A stretch of 64,000 nt of DNA, from positions 14,673,891-14,737,890 of the forward strand of contig NC_069005.1 of assembly GCF_001194135.2 (NCBI RefSeq), given 5' to 3'. The notes below the pieces were generated by a model, which made no database searches, had not been told where the DNA came from, and saw only the letters and a list, made by a program, of their open reading frames with translations. The position numbers were made by a program, and so were the translations under genes. Positions 47,286 through 61,726 of this stretch are shown here, piece by piece; positions within the stretch are counted from its first letter, which is position 1; each line of letters opens with the position of its first letter. The DNA is from Octopus bimaculoides. Its lineage: Eukaryota.

Positions 47286-49179
47286 CCTTTATAAATAACA
47301 TTTATGAAAAACATTTGTTTCTCTGCATTTCATGACAAGTTGAAGTGAAATATTCAGATCAACTTCTTTGTACACATTGATTGCTAGTCATGGAAATCAG
47401 TGTCCTGTTCAGAGAACACGTTTTCTTTTAATGATTATGTCTCCATGCGTGGCCTAGTGATTAGCGTATTTGGCTGACGATCGTAAGGTCACACGTTCGA
47501 TTCACAGCAGCTTGTGTCCTTGAGCAAGGCACTTTATTTCACATTGCTTTTGTTTACTCAGCTGGCAAAAATGAGTAGTGCCTGTAATTCAAAGGTCCAG
47601 CTTTGTCACATCTCGTGTCACGCTGAATCTTGAGAACTACGTTATGGGTACACATGTCTGTAAAGTGCTCAGACACTTGCACGAGCAGGCTGTTGTGTTG
47701 ATCCGATCAACTGGAACCCTCGTCATCGTAAGCAACGGAGTCCCAGTTATGGCTCCACAAACACACATGCCCACACGTATAGTGGGTTTATTTATGTATA
47801 TTATTCATATTACAATTACATTTTTACTCTGAATGAACTTTTCGACTTCCTACCATTAATAAGTGTTACAGAGTTACTTCCCTTACAATAAATCGTGTCC
47901 TTGCCAGTAACTTTTAACTAAATCCCATTCTCAAGAAACAGTTTTTCGAAATTTTTTAGAATGTCCAGAAAATTTCTATATACTTGTGAATATATGTCGA
48001 AATGGTTCATTTTTTTTTACCAGATATCGATGTTGAGCAATTTCTTCCAGACCTATACTATTTAGAAAACAAAATATTAGTCTTGAAAATATCACATCAA
48101 GTTTTTGTCATGCATGTTACACGTGGTAAATGGGAATTATAACCACAGGCATAGTTGTCTAGTAATCTCATTAGTATTTTTGGTAATCCCAAGGTCAATA
48201 TGAGTAAACACCAAGAGTCTTTTTATGCTGTTCTGGAGGAATTCAGGTGGAAGTGTTATTTTGTGTAGTGTCATGTTACAATTCAGCATACATTGCAGGT
48301 AAAAATATTTTTCTTTAATACTCACCTGAACCACCAAGCATTACTGTGGAAAATGAATCAATACAATTCTTGTAAATGTTTAAGATTTACAGCTTAGATA
48401 TTTCATAATTTGTGTCTCTGACCATCATGGACATCACGTGTGAATGGCTCCCATATAGAACTGACATGAATTATGGGTGGAGTTTGAAATAACCATTATC
48501 TCACAGGAAAGGAAAGGATCAAGGAATTGTGGATGGGGTGGGGTGGAGGTAAAAAATGTAGGGAAAAAATTCAGAATTCTTGTATTAAAGACAGGAATGC
48601 TAAAAAAAAAAGTGAAGGGGAAAAAAATTGCTGTCCTTTCCCCTTTTTTTCCCTCCATGAGGTAGTAGTGATAGTTATTCCAAACCTCTCCAAATTATGT
48701 TCAGTAGATTCTTTAGGATAGACAGTTTTTGAGTGGGTAAGCTATAGTAAAGGAGTACCAGACTTCAGTATTTGGGTAGGTCTTCATGTTTTTACTTGAC
48801 CCTCTCAGGAATTGGTATTGGTATTTCAATACATACTCACTGTGTACTATTTATGGATTTTACTTTTCCCTTTTCTAATTTGTGTCCTTGTGCCAGTTTA
48901 AGGCGTGGCTGTATGGTAAGAATCTTGCTTCTTAACCACATGGTTCTGGGTTCAGTCCCACTTGGGCAAATGTCTTCTACTGTAGCCTCAGGCTGACCAA
49001 AGTCTTGTGAGTAGATTTGGGTGACAGAAACTGAAAGAAGACCTTCACATATGTGTGTGTGTGTCTTTGTGCCTGTGTTTGTCCTTCTCCCCTACTTGAC
49101 AACTGGTGTTGGTGTGTTTATATCCCTGTAACTTAGTGGATCAGCAAAAGAGACTGATAAAATAAGTAATAGGCTGTTA

Positions 49180-49590
49180 CATTCAAGATTTCATAACTCA
49201 TGAAATCCAGCTTTTTGCAGCTCCTGGCGAACAATTTTTGTGGAAACTGGGTTCTCGAGATGGTCATTAAGCTCTGCAATAATTTTGGGAGCTGTACTAT
49301 CTGAAAGTTCGTTTTCTTTCGGAGTTTTGTTTCAACAAGGAGGTTTTTTCCCTCTTTCTCAAAGGCTGTCATTAATTTTGAGACAGTACTTCTTGACACA
49401 CCAAAAATTTCGGCTGTTTTCATTACACTAGCGCCTGCCATACGAGCACCAACAATTGACCTGTTTGAAAGTCCAATAGATCTGGTATTTTAATGAATTT
49501 TAATTACCTGAAAAGAAACAACAATTTTAGCAAAACATATTAAGCAACACTAATAATAAATAAAAAAACATGAAAATAAACGAGCCTTTG
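49180..49590 (-). mobile_element. Tc1-like transposon 5' fragment (HTH only)
   Basis: MAGASVMKTAEIFGVSRSTVSKLMTAFEKEGK is a typical Tc1 N-terminal HTH. Confidence 0.75.
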
Positions 49591-49660
49591 ATAGTTTTAT
49601 AGATATTTCAATATTATGATGCTAGGTGTTTACATTTTTTTGTCCAACTCCTGTATATAT

Positions 49661-49694
<34 letters not shown>

Positions 49695-49717
49695 GCATGA
49701 CAGAAGTNNNNNNNNNN

Positions 49718-49769
<52 letters not shown>

Positions 49770-49869
49770 GCATGACAGAAGTAAATAGACATTCTTATAA
49801 CTGTTAAAATTTATTTAAATCTGAATTTATACATTCAAATTATTTATTTATTATTATAATGTAAATATC

Positions 49870-50770
49870 TAATATTCAGAAGACATGCCCTTTGCATTTT
49901 TCAATGCAAGGACCCTGTTAGGCATGTTACTGATCAGATGGTGAATATTCTCTTGCCAGGTTTCATGCAGTCATCTCAAAAGATCTGGCTTTGAGAATGC
50001 TTTCTTGTTCTTTTTATGAAGTGTCCTGTCCATTATGCCCCAGAGCTGTTCAATAGGGTTCATACCTGGTGACTGGCTTGGCTATGGACGCTTGTGAATG
50101 CCATTCTCATCCAACCAAACTTGGGTCATTTTAGCCGTGTGACAAAGAGCCCCATCTTCCATAAATAAAGTCTTCTTAAAACATTTCCCCACTGGAGAAG
50201 ATTGCAAAGAGTCCTTTCTGCAATATGGACACATATTTATCTGAGTTTATGTTTCCCTCACACTCCACCAGCTCTGATCAACCATTGCTCCAAATTTCTC
50301 CCTAGACCATCACAGAATAGGCGCTGTGTTCCATTGTTGGCTGCAATCTTTTCATGTCAAATTCTTGATCACAGAGTTTCTAGACCCACATTCAACAGCA
50401 AATCTGAACTCATCAGAAAATGTGACAGTGTCCCAAAATGCTACTGGCCTTTCCACCATCTCACTGGCCCAATCTTTTCTCCGTTTGATATTGGCCTTGC
50501 AACAAAGATTATCCTCTACACTTCTCTTAACAAATGAAAGAATCCTGTCAGAGGGAACCTGGTCAACCTAGACGAGGTGATGTTTACCCTATCCTCTCCT
50601 TGGTGAATTGCACAATCACTCTATTAACTGTTGAAAGAGGGATCCTAAGGTGTTTTGCAATTTTAAGCTTAGTCCACCTTCAGATTGACCCACAATACAA
50701 CCTCTTTAAAATTTGGACAGTTCCAATGCTTCTTTTGTACATGACATAAACAGTCACATATAGAACCTGA
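49870..50770 (-). mobile_element. Tc1 DD34E transposase pseudogene
   Basis: WDTVTFSDE, SVMV.G, and EDGALCHTAK...*PSQSPGMNPIE with 34 residues between D and E. Multiple stops and frameshifts. Confidence 0.9.
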
Positions 50771-53299
50771 AACATAAAAATGTCAGTTAATAAAGAATAT
50801 AAACCTTTACAAGTTAAAATAAACAAAACGATGTTTTATGGGGTGTTTACTTACTTCTGTCGTGTGTGTGTGTAAATATAGGAGGGGATGCTGAAAAGTT
50901 CCTGGCTTTAAAGATATCACAAAAAGTCTGGTTGGAGGCCCAACCTTCCAAGTTCTTTTACAGAGCTTAGAAAAACTGAAAGACTGCTGCAATAAGTATG
51001 TGAATCTGAGAGGGGAATATGTTGAATAAAAACTATAATTAACTGATCATCCTGTATTTTCTTTTAACCAAAATCAAGAAGTTTCAGCATCCCTCTCATA
51101 TGTGCATTGTATATATATATATATNNNNNNNNNNNNNNNNNNNNNNNNNNNNNNNNNNNNNNNNNNNNNNNNNNNNNNNNNNNNNNNNNNNNNNNNNNNN
51201 NNNNNNNNNNNNNNNNNNNNNNNNNNNNNNNNNNNNNNNNNNNNNNNNNNNNNNNNNNNNNNNNNNNNNNNNNNNNNNNNNNNNNNNNNNNNNNNNNNNN
51301 NNNNNNNNNNNNNNNNNATATATATGCAAGTGCTTTGCAACCACATACATGGGAATATGTAAGTATATTAAATGTTTCTATGGATCTTCGTTTCCCCCCT
51401 AGACTGTGGAGTGTGATTTCTGATTGATGTGGCAGCTATTTTTAGCATATCAATCATTAGCCCCTAGACATTACTGCCTAGAGTCCTGGGGCCCATAGGG
51501 CTGATTACCCAGATTCCATGGACTCTTAGTAACTGAGATCACAATATTCCCACCTGAAAGGGACACTTGTCCATTGCAGGGTTACTCATTAACAGCTAAG
51601 TGGATTGAAGTAACATGAAATATAGTGTTTTGTTGAAGAACACAATGCACTGCTTGGTCTAGAAATTGAAACTATAATCTTGCAATTGTGAGAACTACTC
51701 CTTAATCACTAAGCCACACGTTCACTTTCTATGTAGGTGACTGAGGCCCTTGCTGTACTCAAGAAGACCAGCAGAAGTGTTAAGGCTGACCATCCCCTGG
51801 TGAAGAGGATCAGCCTTGCAAGAGTCATGTGCTGATGCCACATGAAAAGCACTCATGCCAGTAACAGCGCCCATGTGGTGCCACGTAAAAGCACCCAGCT
51901 CACCCTGTAAAATGGCTGGTGTTAGGAAGGGCATCCAGCTATAAAAACCAAACCAAGACAGAGTGGAGTTTAGTGCAGCTCTCCAGCTTGCCAACTCTGG
52001 TCAAACTGTAGCGTGACACAAGAAGCCAGCGCCATTTTGTGCGAGATCTCACCGGCAGCCATTACCACGTCTGAGACAAGAGCAAGATCTCACCTAAAAC
52101 CATGTTTGCCATGTGCGAGACCACAGCAAGGCTCACATGGGCAACATCTATTTAAGGAGGCGTATCAAAAAGGAGTTTCTTTCACGTTCGCGCTCATGCT
52201 GAACAACGCTGCAAACTGGCAGCTCACAGCATATTCTTAATCTGATCTAACTTTACCCGTTATCTCCAGAGGTAATGTGACTCACATGAACGGAGTTACA
52301 ACGAACCATGTGCTACCATACAGATGGTCGCCAGGAGCAAACCCCCATGAATGAGAACTAAAATAAACAACCATTGAATTGCATCTGCTTGTAAGCTTCT
52401 TCTTCTTCGAGTTCCAGATCCTAAGACTACAGAAAATAATTGTAATGGGAGAAGGAGATACTCCACAGGTATCATGAACCTTCTAGTCCCATTATAAAAC
52501 CATCCAACCCATGTCAGCATGGACAACAGATGTTAAATGATGATGATGATGTGTATGTATGCATGTATATGAAACGCAAGGCAAATCTGTACAAATTCAT
52601 TTGTGAGTGTATGCATGGATGCACACATATTGTGTGAACAAATACGCGTATGCATGTCCTTAAAAGTATTAATAGATACACGCCTGTGCCCCCCCCCTGC
52701 AAATGCACATGTATGTGTGCAGACAAGAATGGCAAATAAGGCAGAAAGAGTTGTCACCCTTGAACCTCTGAAACTCCATTTTTTTGTTACTGTTTTTTTC
52801 CAAAACACCTTTCCATAACACCGGATCACAAAATCTTAATTACCACCTCACTCACCCATATCCAGTAACAAGGCTTTGGTGGTCTGACACTGTAGTAAAA
52901 GACACTTGCCTAAGGTTCCACGCAATGGGACTGAACCTGGAAATATGTGGTTGAGCAGCAAGCTTCTTATCACACAGCCATGCCTATTTAATTAGTTTTG
53001 GGAAATCACCCAATTCAATTTGATGAAAAATTCTTATATTTGCAGTCATACTCTTTTAAGCATTACCCAACACTCATGACCACAGGTGAGGGTAGGCTTT
53101 AAACCTTATCAAAAAAAAAAACTAATTTAATGCAACAAAATCTCTGTAAACTAATAAATCCCTAAATAAATTAGAAGCCGAATGAAGAAGAATCATGCAA
53201 CATCAGTGTATGGTATAATATATAAGACAAAACCCCCATAAACCAAGAAACCAAGAACTCCCTAAACAAGTTTAAGTTAGGTTAGTTCACTCTGTGCCA

Positions 53300-53830
53300 C
53301 AAGACACATAAAGTTGCAACACAATCTCTCCAACCAGTTCTGTTTTCTGCCATTGTTCTGGTCTCATTCCAATTCTTCCACCCTTCTTGTCTCCTTTCCT
53401 TGTGAATGGTCCTTTACCACGTGGTTTTAGTGTGTCTTACAGCTCTATTTCCTTTCAGGCTGCCACCATACAATTGATTTCTTGATCTTGTCTGAGGACA
53501 TGTTCAATCCAGTTCCAACATTTGTGTCTTATTTCATCATTGATCCTGTTGCTGCCCTTTGTCACCTCAATTGTGTCATTTTGGACTCTTTGCAGCCACT
53601 TGATGTTAAGCATTCTCCTACAGCATGGGAATTGGAAGCTGTCTATTGTTTTTCTTCTACTTTTGTCACTCTCCAGTCTTGAACAGCTTCAGCTTCATTT
53701 TGCAGACTACACCTTTACTTCTCCATATCTTTGCTAGATTGTAGAATGCTCTCCAGGCTTTGGATATTCTGCTTTAATTTCCTCTGTTTAATTCTATGAA
53801 AACTAGAATTTTAATGAAGGCAAACTTAGA
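53300..53830 (-). mobile_element. RTE LINE RT C-terminal fragment
   Basis: ISKAWRAFYNLAKIWRSK...MKLKLFK...CRRMLNIKW...RHKCWNWIEHVLR. Confidence 0.8.
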
Positions 53831-53879
53831 AGCACAAAAACACAGGACAACAATGTTCCTATCTTCAGCTACCTAAAAG

Positions 53880-54270
53880 ATATCACTGAATGACAGGCAG
53901 AGCCTTGATGTCTCTCTGTGCAACTGAATCTCATACAACAACATCCGAGAACAATACTGGCAGCAGCTCACCACTGAAGACCAAGTTCGGCAATGCAGGC
54001 AAAAGTGGTTTGGCCATGTCTGCAGCATGGGCACCAGACAACTACCACACCAACTTTTGTGGCAGCTGCAACCCACACACTGGAGAATCTAGTGCTGTGC
54101 ACCAAAGAAGACGTGGCCAAAACAAATTGAAGAAAACCTGAAGTTGCAGTGCCTCAACCTCATGCATGCTAAGGCCAGCACCATGGATCAGAAAGCATGG
54201 AATAACATCATCACCAGAGTTCATCATCCAGCCACAGCAACGCATTCGTTGAGAGGACAGCCTCCAGTTG
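53880..54270 (+). mobile_element. RTE LINE 3' fragment
   Basis: QVRQCRQKWFGHVCSMGTRQLPHQLLW...PKKTWPKQIEENL...DQKAW. Confidence 0.8.
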
Positions 54271-55527
54271 CCAGCTAGGGATTTTACTTACTTAATAGAT
54301 ATCATTATGGCTTCAACATCTGAGCAGTACCATTCAATTATGAAAGCATGGCATATTGGCTAGAATGTTTGGTTCATGATTATCAGGTCAAGGGTTCAAA
54401 TCCTGAACCAGACACTGTGTTGTGTCCTTGAGAAAAGCATTCCATTTCACATTGCAACAATCTTCTCAGTTGTAACACATATTGGCATCAGTGTATGCAT
54501 GTATGTGAGTGTTAGTGTCTCCTTGTCTTGAAATTGTGTGAATGTCATTAATTTCTAATATTTCTGCAAAAACAAAGGTAAATGAGCAGGCAGAATCATT
54601 AGCAACACCAGGCAAAATGCTTAGCAACATTTTGTTCATCTGTACATTCAGAGTTCAAATTCCACCAAGGTCGACTTTGTCTTTCATCCTCTCAGGGTTG
54701 ATAAAATAAGTACCAGTTGGGTGCTGGGGGTTGATGTAAATGACTTACCTCTTCCTTGAAATTTCTGGCCTTGTGCTATAATTTGAAATCAATATTTTCT
54801 GTGAAAACATGTCTGGCAATGTAAATAGGTAAATGTTAGTCTTGCTTGGAAACAGGTGAGGGTTAGTGATGAGAAGAGACATCCAGCCATAGAAAATCTG
54901 CCTCACTGAATTCAGTCTGAGACATGCAAGCATGGAATGATGATGATGATTTAGAGTGCGAAGTCTAACCTGTTGCCAGGTTTAACACCACCAACTGGTC
55001 TCTGAATGCTTTTAACAGAGTTCTCTTTGTTGTAAGCATCCTCTCCAGATTGCCAGTTATCTCTCTTGTCTGTGTTTTACCTGCAAATGTTTAGGTATTA
55101 CATCAGCCATTTAGAGTTCATGACAGTCATGAACACTGTCCCTCTTTATCTGTCTAACTTATAACAAATAACAAAAACAAAACAGAAAAAAACTAGTACA
55201 GTACCTGTCAAAAATGATGGGGTTTATATGAATATGGAATATATTATGCAAATATAATGTAATGAATACGTATACACATAAATGGTGATGTGTGTATGTG
55301 AGTGTAGACGTACACAACTACACACATCTGTAACAAATGTCAACACTTTTGTATTTTCTCTCAAGTGACGATGATGAAAGCCTGTATAACTTTCATTCTA
55401 TCAGTTTCCATGTCCCCACCCCTCCAACAGCATTCGTTACTATATTTACAACATCTCCTTCTCTCTCTAAAACTCATCTATGCTTCTCTCTTTTGTAGTC
55501 AAACAGTTATTCACTCTCTCTCTCTAC

Positions 55528-55563
<36 letters not shown>

Positions 55564-55946
55564 GTCTGTCTGTCGCTGCTCCTTCACTTATGACATTGCT
55601 TTTACATGCTACCTTCTTTCTCTTCTTTCTTTTCCCTTATCTCTGGCTTCCCCCCTCCCCTTTTAACATATGTCACACTATCTACTCACTTGTTCTTCAA
55701 GCACCCTATCTTGACACACTCTCTCCCTTGCTCGTTCTCTCTCTATCTACCTTTTTAACCTGTCTCTCTGTCTCTCTCTTTATTGCTTTTTGCAAACATG
55801 ACATTCCAACAGAATGTGTGGATGTATGTGTGCCTCTGTGTGTGTGTGTGTGCACGTGCGCATGTGTGTGTATGTATGTGTGAAGCTGTTTTACATTTCT
55901 CTCTCCTTCTCCTCATGTTTTAATTCACTCTCTCTCCACCTCCCTC

Positions 55947-55981
<35 letters not shown>

Positions 55982-56108
55982 TTCTCTCTCTCTATATATA
56001 TAGGGAGAATTCACAAATAAACAAAACACACATACACACAGATATACACACATACATATCTACATACACACGTACATACATACATACATACACGTGTGTG
56101 TGTGTATA

Positions 56109-56161
<53 letters not shown>

Positions 56162-57599
56162 TCACACACACATATATATTCATTCCACTCATTATATCAC
56201 CTCCTCTTTCAACTAACATTCCTGAACCGTGACAGAAACCAATAAAAGAAAAGAAAGAAAAGAAAAATAATAATTATAATAATGATCAACACAAAAAGCA
56301 CATCATTTGACTTTTTTATATTCAGAAATAGGCATAAATAAAATAAAAAATACTTTGTCATTACGTTTACAATGCAATTTTCAAATTACTTAAGTCTGAT
56401 TCCTTTCAACATCTTATCATCGACCGTCCTCTCTTTAATGGTCCTGACCATTACATCTGGCTTGACTCTGTGCTACTGTTGTCCTTTCTGTTGGTTCTAC
56501 ATTGCAATATGTTCTTCCTTGTCTCTCACTCATGTTCTTCATTCAACCAACTACTTTCACATTGTAACACTTTCCGTACCTGTTTGTTTTCATTGTCACA
56601 ACGAAGTGGGTTGGTATTGTTCTTCATACTACACCTCACTCCCCAACAATCACCGATGCCACTGTTGTTGCTACAGCCACCACCACCACCACCACCATCA
56701 CTATCACTACCATCACTATCACCACCACCACCACCACCACTAATACTGCTACCACACTGTCAGCGTCACCGCTCCCACTGCCACCATCTCTGCCACCACC
56801 TCCGCCACCACTGCCACTACTACCACACTGTNNNNNNNNNNNNNNNNNNNNNNNNNNNNNNNNNNNNNNNNNNNNNNNNNNNNNNNNNNNNNNNNNNNNN
56901 NNNNNNNNNNNNNNNNNNNNNNNNNNNNNNNNNNNNNNNNNNNNNNNNNNNNNNNNNNNNNNNNNNNNNNNNNNNNNNNNNNNNNNNNNNNNNNNNNNNN
57001 NNNNNNNNNNNNNNNNNNNNNNNNNNNNNNNNNNNNNNNNNNNNNNNNNNNNNNNNNNNNNNNNNNNNNNNNNNNNNNNNNNNNNNNNNNNNNNNNNNNN
57101 NNNNNNNNNNNNNNNNNNNNNNNNNNNNNNNNNNNNNNNNNNNNNNNNNNNNNNNNNNNNNNNNNNNNNNNNNNNNNNNNNNNNNNNNNNNNNNNNNNNN
57201 NNNNNNNNNNNNNNNNNNNNNNNNNNNNNNNNNNNNNNNNNNNNNNNNNNNNNNNNNNNNNNNNNNNNNNNNNNNNNNNNNNNNNNNNNNNNNNNNNNNN
57301 NNNNNNNNNNNNNNNNNNNNNNNNNNNNNNNNNNNNNNNNNNNNNNNNNNNNNNNNNNNNNNNNNNNNNNNNNNNNNNNNNNNNNNNNNNNNNNNNNNNN
57401 NNNNNNNNNNNNNNNNNNNNNNNNNNNNNNNNNNNNNNNNNNNNNNNNNNNNNNNNNNNNNNNNNNNNNNNNNNNNNNNNNNNNNNNNNNNNNNNNNNNN
57501 NNNNNNNNNNNNNNNNNNNNNNNNNNNNNNNNNNNNNNNNNNNNNNNNNNNNNNNNNNNNNNNNNNNNNNNNNNNNNNNNNNNNNNNNNNNNNNNATAA

Positions 57600-58075
57600 T
57601 TACCATTATTATGCTAACAATTCTGCCATTGTTAGCATGCCAGGTGAAATGCTTAGCGGTATTTCATGTCGCTATGTTCTGAGTTCAAATTCTGCCAAAG
57701 TCGACTTTACCTTTCATCCTTTTGGGTTTGATGAAATAAGTACCAGTTACTCACTGGGGTTGATGTAATCAACTTATCCCCTTCCCCAAAATTTCAGGCC
57801 TTGTACCTTTAGTAGAAAGGATTATTAAATTAGAGTTAGAGGGTGGCAGGCTGGCAGAATCATTACCAAGCTGGGCAAAATGCTTAGCAGCATTTCATCC
57901 ATCTTTATGTTCTGAGTTCAAATTCTGACAAGGTCAATTTTTACCTTTCATTGTTTTTTTTTGTGGGGGTGGAGGGGGTCAATATAATAAGTACCAGTTG
58001 AGTACTGGCATTGACTTACCCATTTCTTGAAATTGCTGGCCTTTTGCTAAAATTTGAAGCCATTATTAAATTAGA
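57600..58075 (+). mobile_element. Tandem Deu/Nin-like SINEs (further copies at 58558-58740 and 59940-60660)
   Basis: Same family motifs as in the 45-47 kb array. Confidence 0.8.
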
Positions 58076-59886
58076 GTTTGGAACTTAGATTTACATGAAA
58101 TTTTGATAGCTGGTTTTAATTTAGTTCACTTTAAAACAGGAAGCTTGTATCATAGAACCAGAAACAGTTTCGAGTAGATTGGCATCAAATGGGTTAAGAC
58201 AACAATGGTAGAAAGATCTGGAAGCTAAACCATATGACTAGGATATTTCAGTAGAAAATCACTGCCTCTGTTTCAATTAATTTGAAAATAATGATGAATT
58301 CAGTAAAATAACTGTCATTCTTAACTCTTTAGCATTCAGGTTACTCTGTCAAATGTAATACTTATTCATTCATATTGTTTGAATTTATTATGTGTTAACT
58401 CATAGCTTTAAGATTTTGATGATGTGATTGTTTGCTTTTACAATGACATTGTAGGGTAGGTGTGAGAGGTCAGATCTGGCCAGTTTGAGCATAAAACAGA
58501 CAGAACAATTTGGCTGGATAGGGCCAGTTTAAATGTTAATAGATTAAATTAGAGTTTGAGGGTGGCAGGCTGGCAGAATCATTAACATGCTGGGCAAAAT
58601 GCTTAGTGGCATTTTGTCTGTCTTTATGAACTGAGTTCAAATTCTGCCAAGGTTGACTTTGCCTTTCATTGTTTCGGGGTCAATAAAATAAGTACTATTC
58701 AGTACTGGGGTTGGCTTATCCACTCCCTTTAAAACATTAAGATTGTATTGAAGAATCAGGGAAAGTCTCAGACAGGTTAGTATCAATCTGGATTAGGATG
58801 AGCAATATCTCATAAAATCTGCTGCTAGAGAAAAAAATGTTGCCCATGCCATACTAGTTCATGTGAACAAACCATTTTGTAATCTAAAATACTTTATTCC
58901 TCTCATATTCAAAGCTTAAAAAAGAGATTCTTTGAGGGCAAGTAAAACCAGACACCTTCATTTCTACCAAGCTTCCTGGTAACAATCCTTGTTATAAACT
59001 CTTTTCCCATCATCTTTAAGACTCAACTCATCAATTTTATTGCCATCTCCGCTTTTTTCTACATCATCATCATCGTTGTCATTGTTGTCGTCATCATCGT
59101 CATCATCATCATCATCATGTCTGCTGTCTAGTTAGTTCTCTGCCCCATCCACAGAAGCTTTCCATGTTGAGATATATAAAAACCCACCAAAATACTTCTA
59201 CAATAAAAGGGGTAACTTATAGTGCTCAGCTTCTAATATGTGTTGCTTTGCTGTGACAGAATTGTGACAACATGTTCCATGTTTTTCTCAGTCAGTCAAC
59301 TGTAGACAGAATGGAGAAAATTATGACTGTTTTATTATTGAAGCAGACCAATGTTGACTTGTTTCAGAGGTGAAGGGGGCAAGAGGATTTAAGTAAAGTT
59401 GCTGTGAAATTATTAAATGTATATAGTGCCTTGGAAAAGCATCTGTGCCAGTGCCACATAGAGGCACCCATGTTGGTGCTTGTGTCAATGCCACATAAAA
59501 ACACTGGTACTGGTGCCATGTAGAAGTGCCAATGTCAGTTCCACCTAAAGTGCCTGTACCAGTGCCACCTAAAAGCAACCAGCCCATTTTGTAAAGTGGC
59601 TGGCATTAGGAAGGGCATCCAGCCATAGGAACCAAGCCCAAAAAAAAAACAAATGGAACCCAGACAGCTCTCTAGCTGACCAACCTTTGTCAAACTGTCC
59701 AACCCCTACTAGCATGGAGAACGAACATTAAAAGATGATGATGATGATATAATAAGTATATATATTGGATATAAACACTGATTTAANNNNNNNNNNNNNN
59801 NNNNNNNNNNNNNNNNNNNNNNNNNNNNNNNNNNNNNNNNNNNCTTATATTGGAAATAAATATTATTATTATCATCATCATCATCA

Positions 59887-59938
<52 letters not shown>

Positions 59939-60222
59939 GCCCTTACATTTTATCAATCCTGAAAGGATGAAATGCAAAGTTGACCTCGGTGGAACTTGAA
60001 CTCAGAATGTAAAGACAGAATAATAATGATATGCTATCAATAATCAACTAGTCCCCTCCTCCAAATTACAGGCCTTGTGCCTATAGTAGAAAGCATTATT
60101 ATTATTATTATTATTATTATTATCATCATCATCATCATCATCATTATTATTCTGTCTTTACGTTTTGAGTTCAAATTCCATTGAGGTCGACTTTGTCTTT
60201 TATCCTTTTGGGGTTGATTAAA

Positions 60223-60550
60223 GGAACACTCCGTCAGTTACGATGACGAGGGTCCCAGCTGATACGATCAACGGAACAGCCTGCTCATGAAATTAATGTG
60301 CAAGTGGTTGAGCAATCCACAGACACATGTACCCCTAATGTGGTTCTTAGGGAGACCCAGCATGACACATAGCGTGACAAGGCCGGCCCGTTGAAATACA
60401 GGCACTACTCACCTTTGCCAGCTGAGTGGACCAGAGCAATGTGAAATAAAGTGTCTTGCTCAAGGACACAACGCATCGCCGGGAATCGAACTCATGACCT
60501 TATGATCGTGAGCCGAATGCCCTAACCACTAAGCCACGCGCCTTCATAAA
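60223..60550 (-). mobile_element. tRNA-derived SINE nested inside another SINE, 13-bp TSD
   Basis: TSD ggggttgattaaa at 60210-60222 and 60551-60563. The host SINE resumes (taagtaccag) after the insertion. Confidence 0.85.
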
Positions 60551-60645
60551 GGGGTTGATTAAATAAGTACCAGTTATGCACTGGAGTCAATGTAAACAAC
60601 TATCCTCTTCCCCACATTTCAGGCCTTGTGCCTATAGTAGAAAGG

Positions 60646-60680
<35 letters not shown>

Positions 60681-61695
60681 GTAAAAAAAAATTAGGGTAT
60701 TCGTATTTAATATAAAAGATTAGATTTAACTCACAAACACAATCCAACAAATATGAAAGCATAAAAAAGAGATTTTGATAAATAAAGATACATATCGTTG
60801 CTATTATGCAAAAGTGTTGTAAGTCCAAAATATTGCTTTTTCAGAAAACAAAAAAAATAGTTCCACCATTCCATAGCAAAACTGTTGTACCTCACTTTGA
60901 CAATTTTTGATATCTTGGCATCTGAAGTAGCTGGAGATACGATAGTTTGATAAAAAAAAAATGGTTATTGCAAGCAAAAGTAAATATTGAAAAAAACACG
61001 TTTGGCCAAATTTGGGCATACAACAGTTTAACCTGATAGCAATGATATGTGTTCCTTTATTCTTTTATGTGTTCCAAAGGTTGTGGCCAAGCCGGGGCAC
61101 TGCTATGTATGTATGTATGCATGTATGCATGCATAAACAGATGAACAGGAAAACAAGATACATTTCTTTTATTAGCCACACAGGGCTCAACGAAGATGGG
61201 ANNNNNNNNNNNNNNNNNNNNNNNNNNNNNNNNNNNNNNNNNNNNNNNNNNNNNNNNNNNNNNNNNNNNNNNNNNNNNNNNNNNNNNNNNNNNNNNNNNN
61301 NACAGACAGACAGACAGACAGACATTCTGACAGACATTCTGACAGACAGACACTAATTTGTTGTTAACAAGTGAGAGATAAATAAAAGCAAAACTGAGTG
61401 AATACAATATGGCATATCAAAAAATATTCACTGACCTTAATCTTAAAGTTATTAATTAGAACAAAATTTTTACAAAAAGCCATGAAATATTTTATATAAC
61501 AGAAAGGAATTTGATCCATCTTAGTCTGCAGTATACACAATCTCATACACAGATATGCATTTTACTTGGGAATTCTCTGAGTTTAATGAGATGCACTATA
61601 TTAACTTCTAGTATACCAGGTCGTCTGTTGTGCTTAAGTACTGCACCATAGAGCTGAATGTATGTATGTATGTATGTATGTATGTATGTATGTAC

Positions 61696-61726
<31 letters not shown>

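Noticed and set aside
56580-56700. Minus-strand GDCWGVRCSMKNNTNPLRCDNENKQ|gtacgg resembling a RanBP2 zinc finger exon
   Set aside because: Lacks the conserved Trp position and the fourth Cys. The frame is broken upstream within low-complexity (GGT/AGT)n next to a gap.
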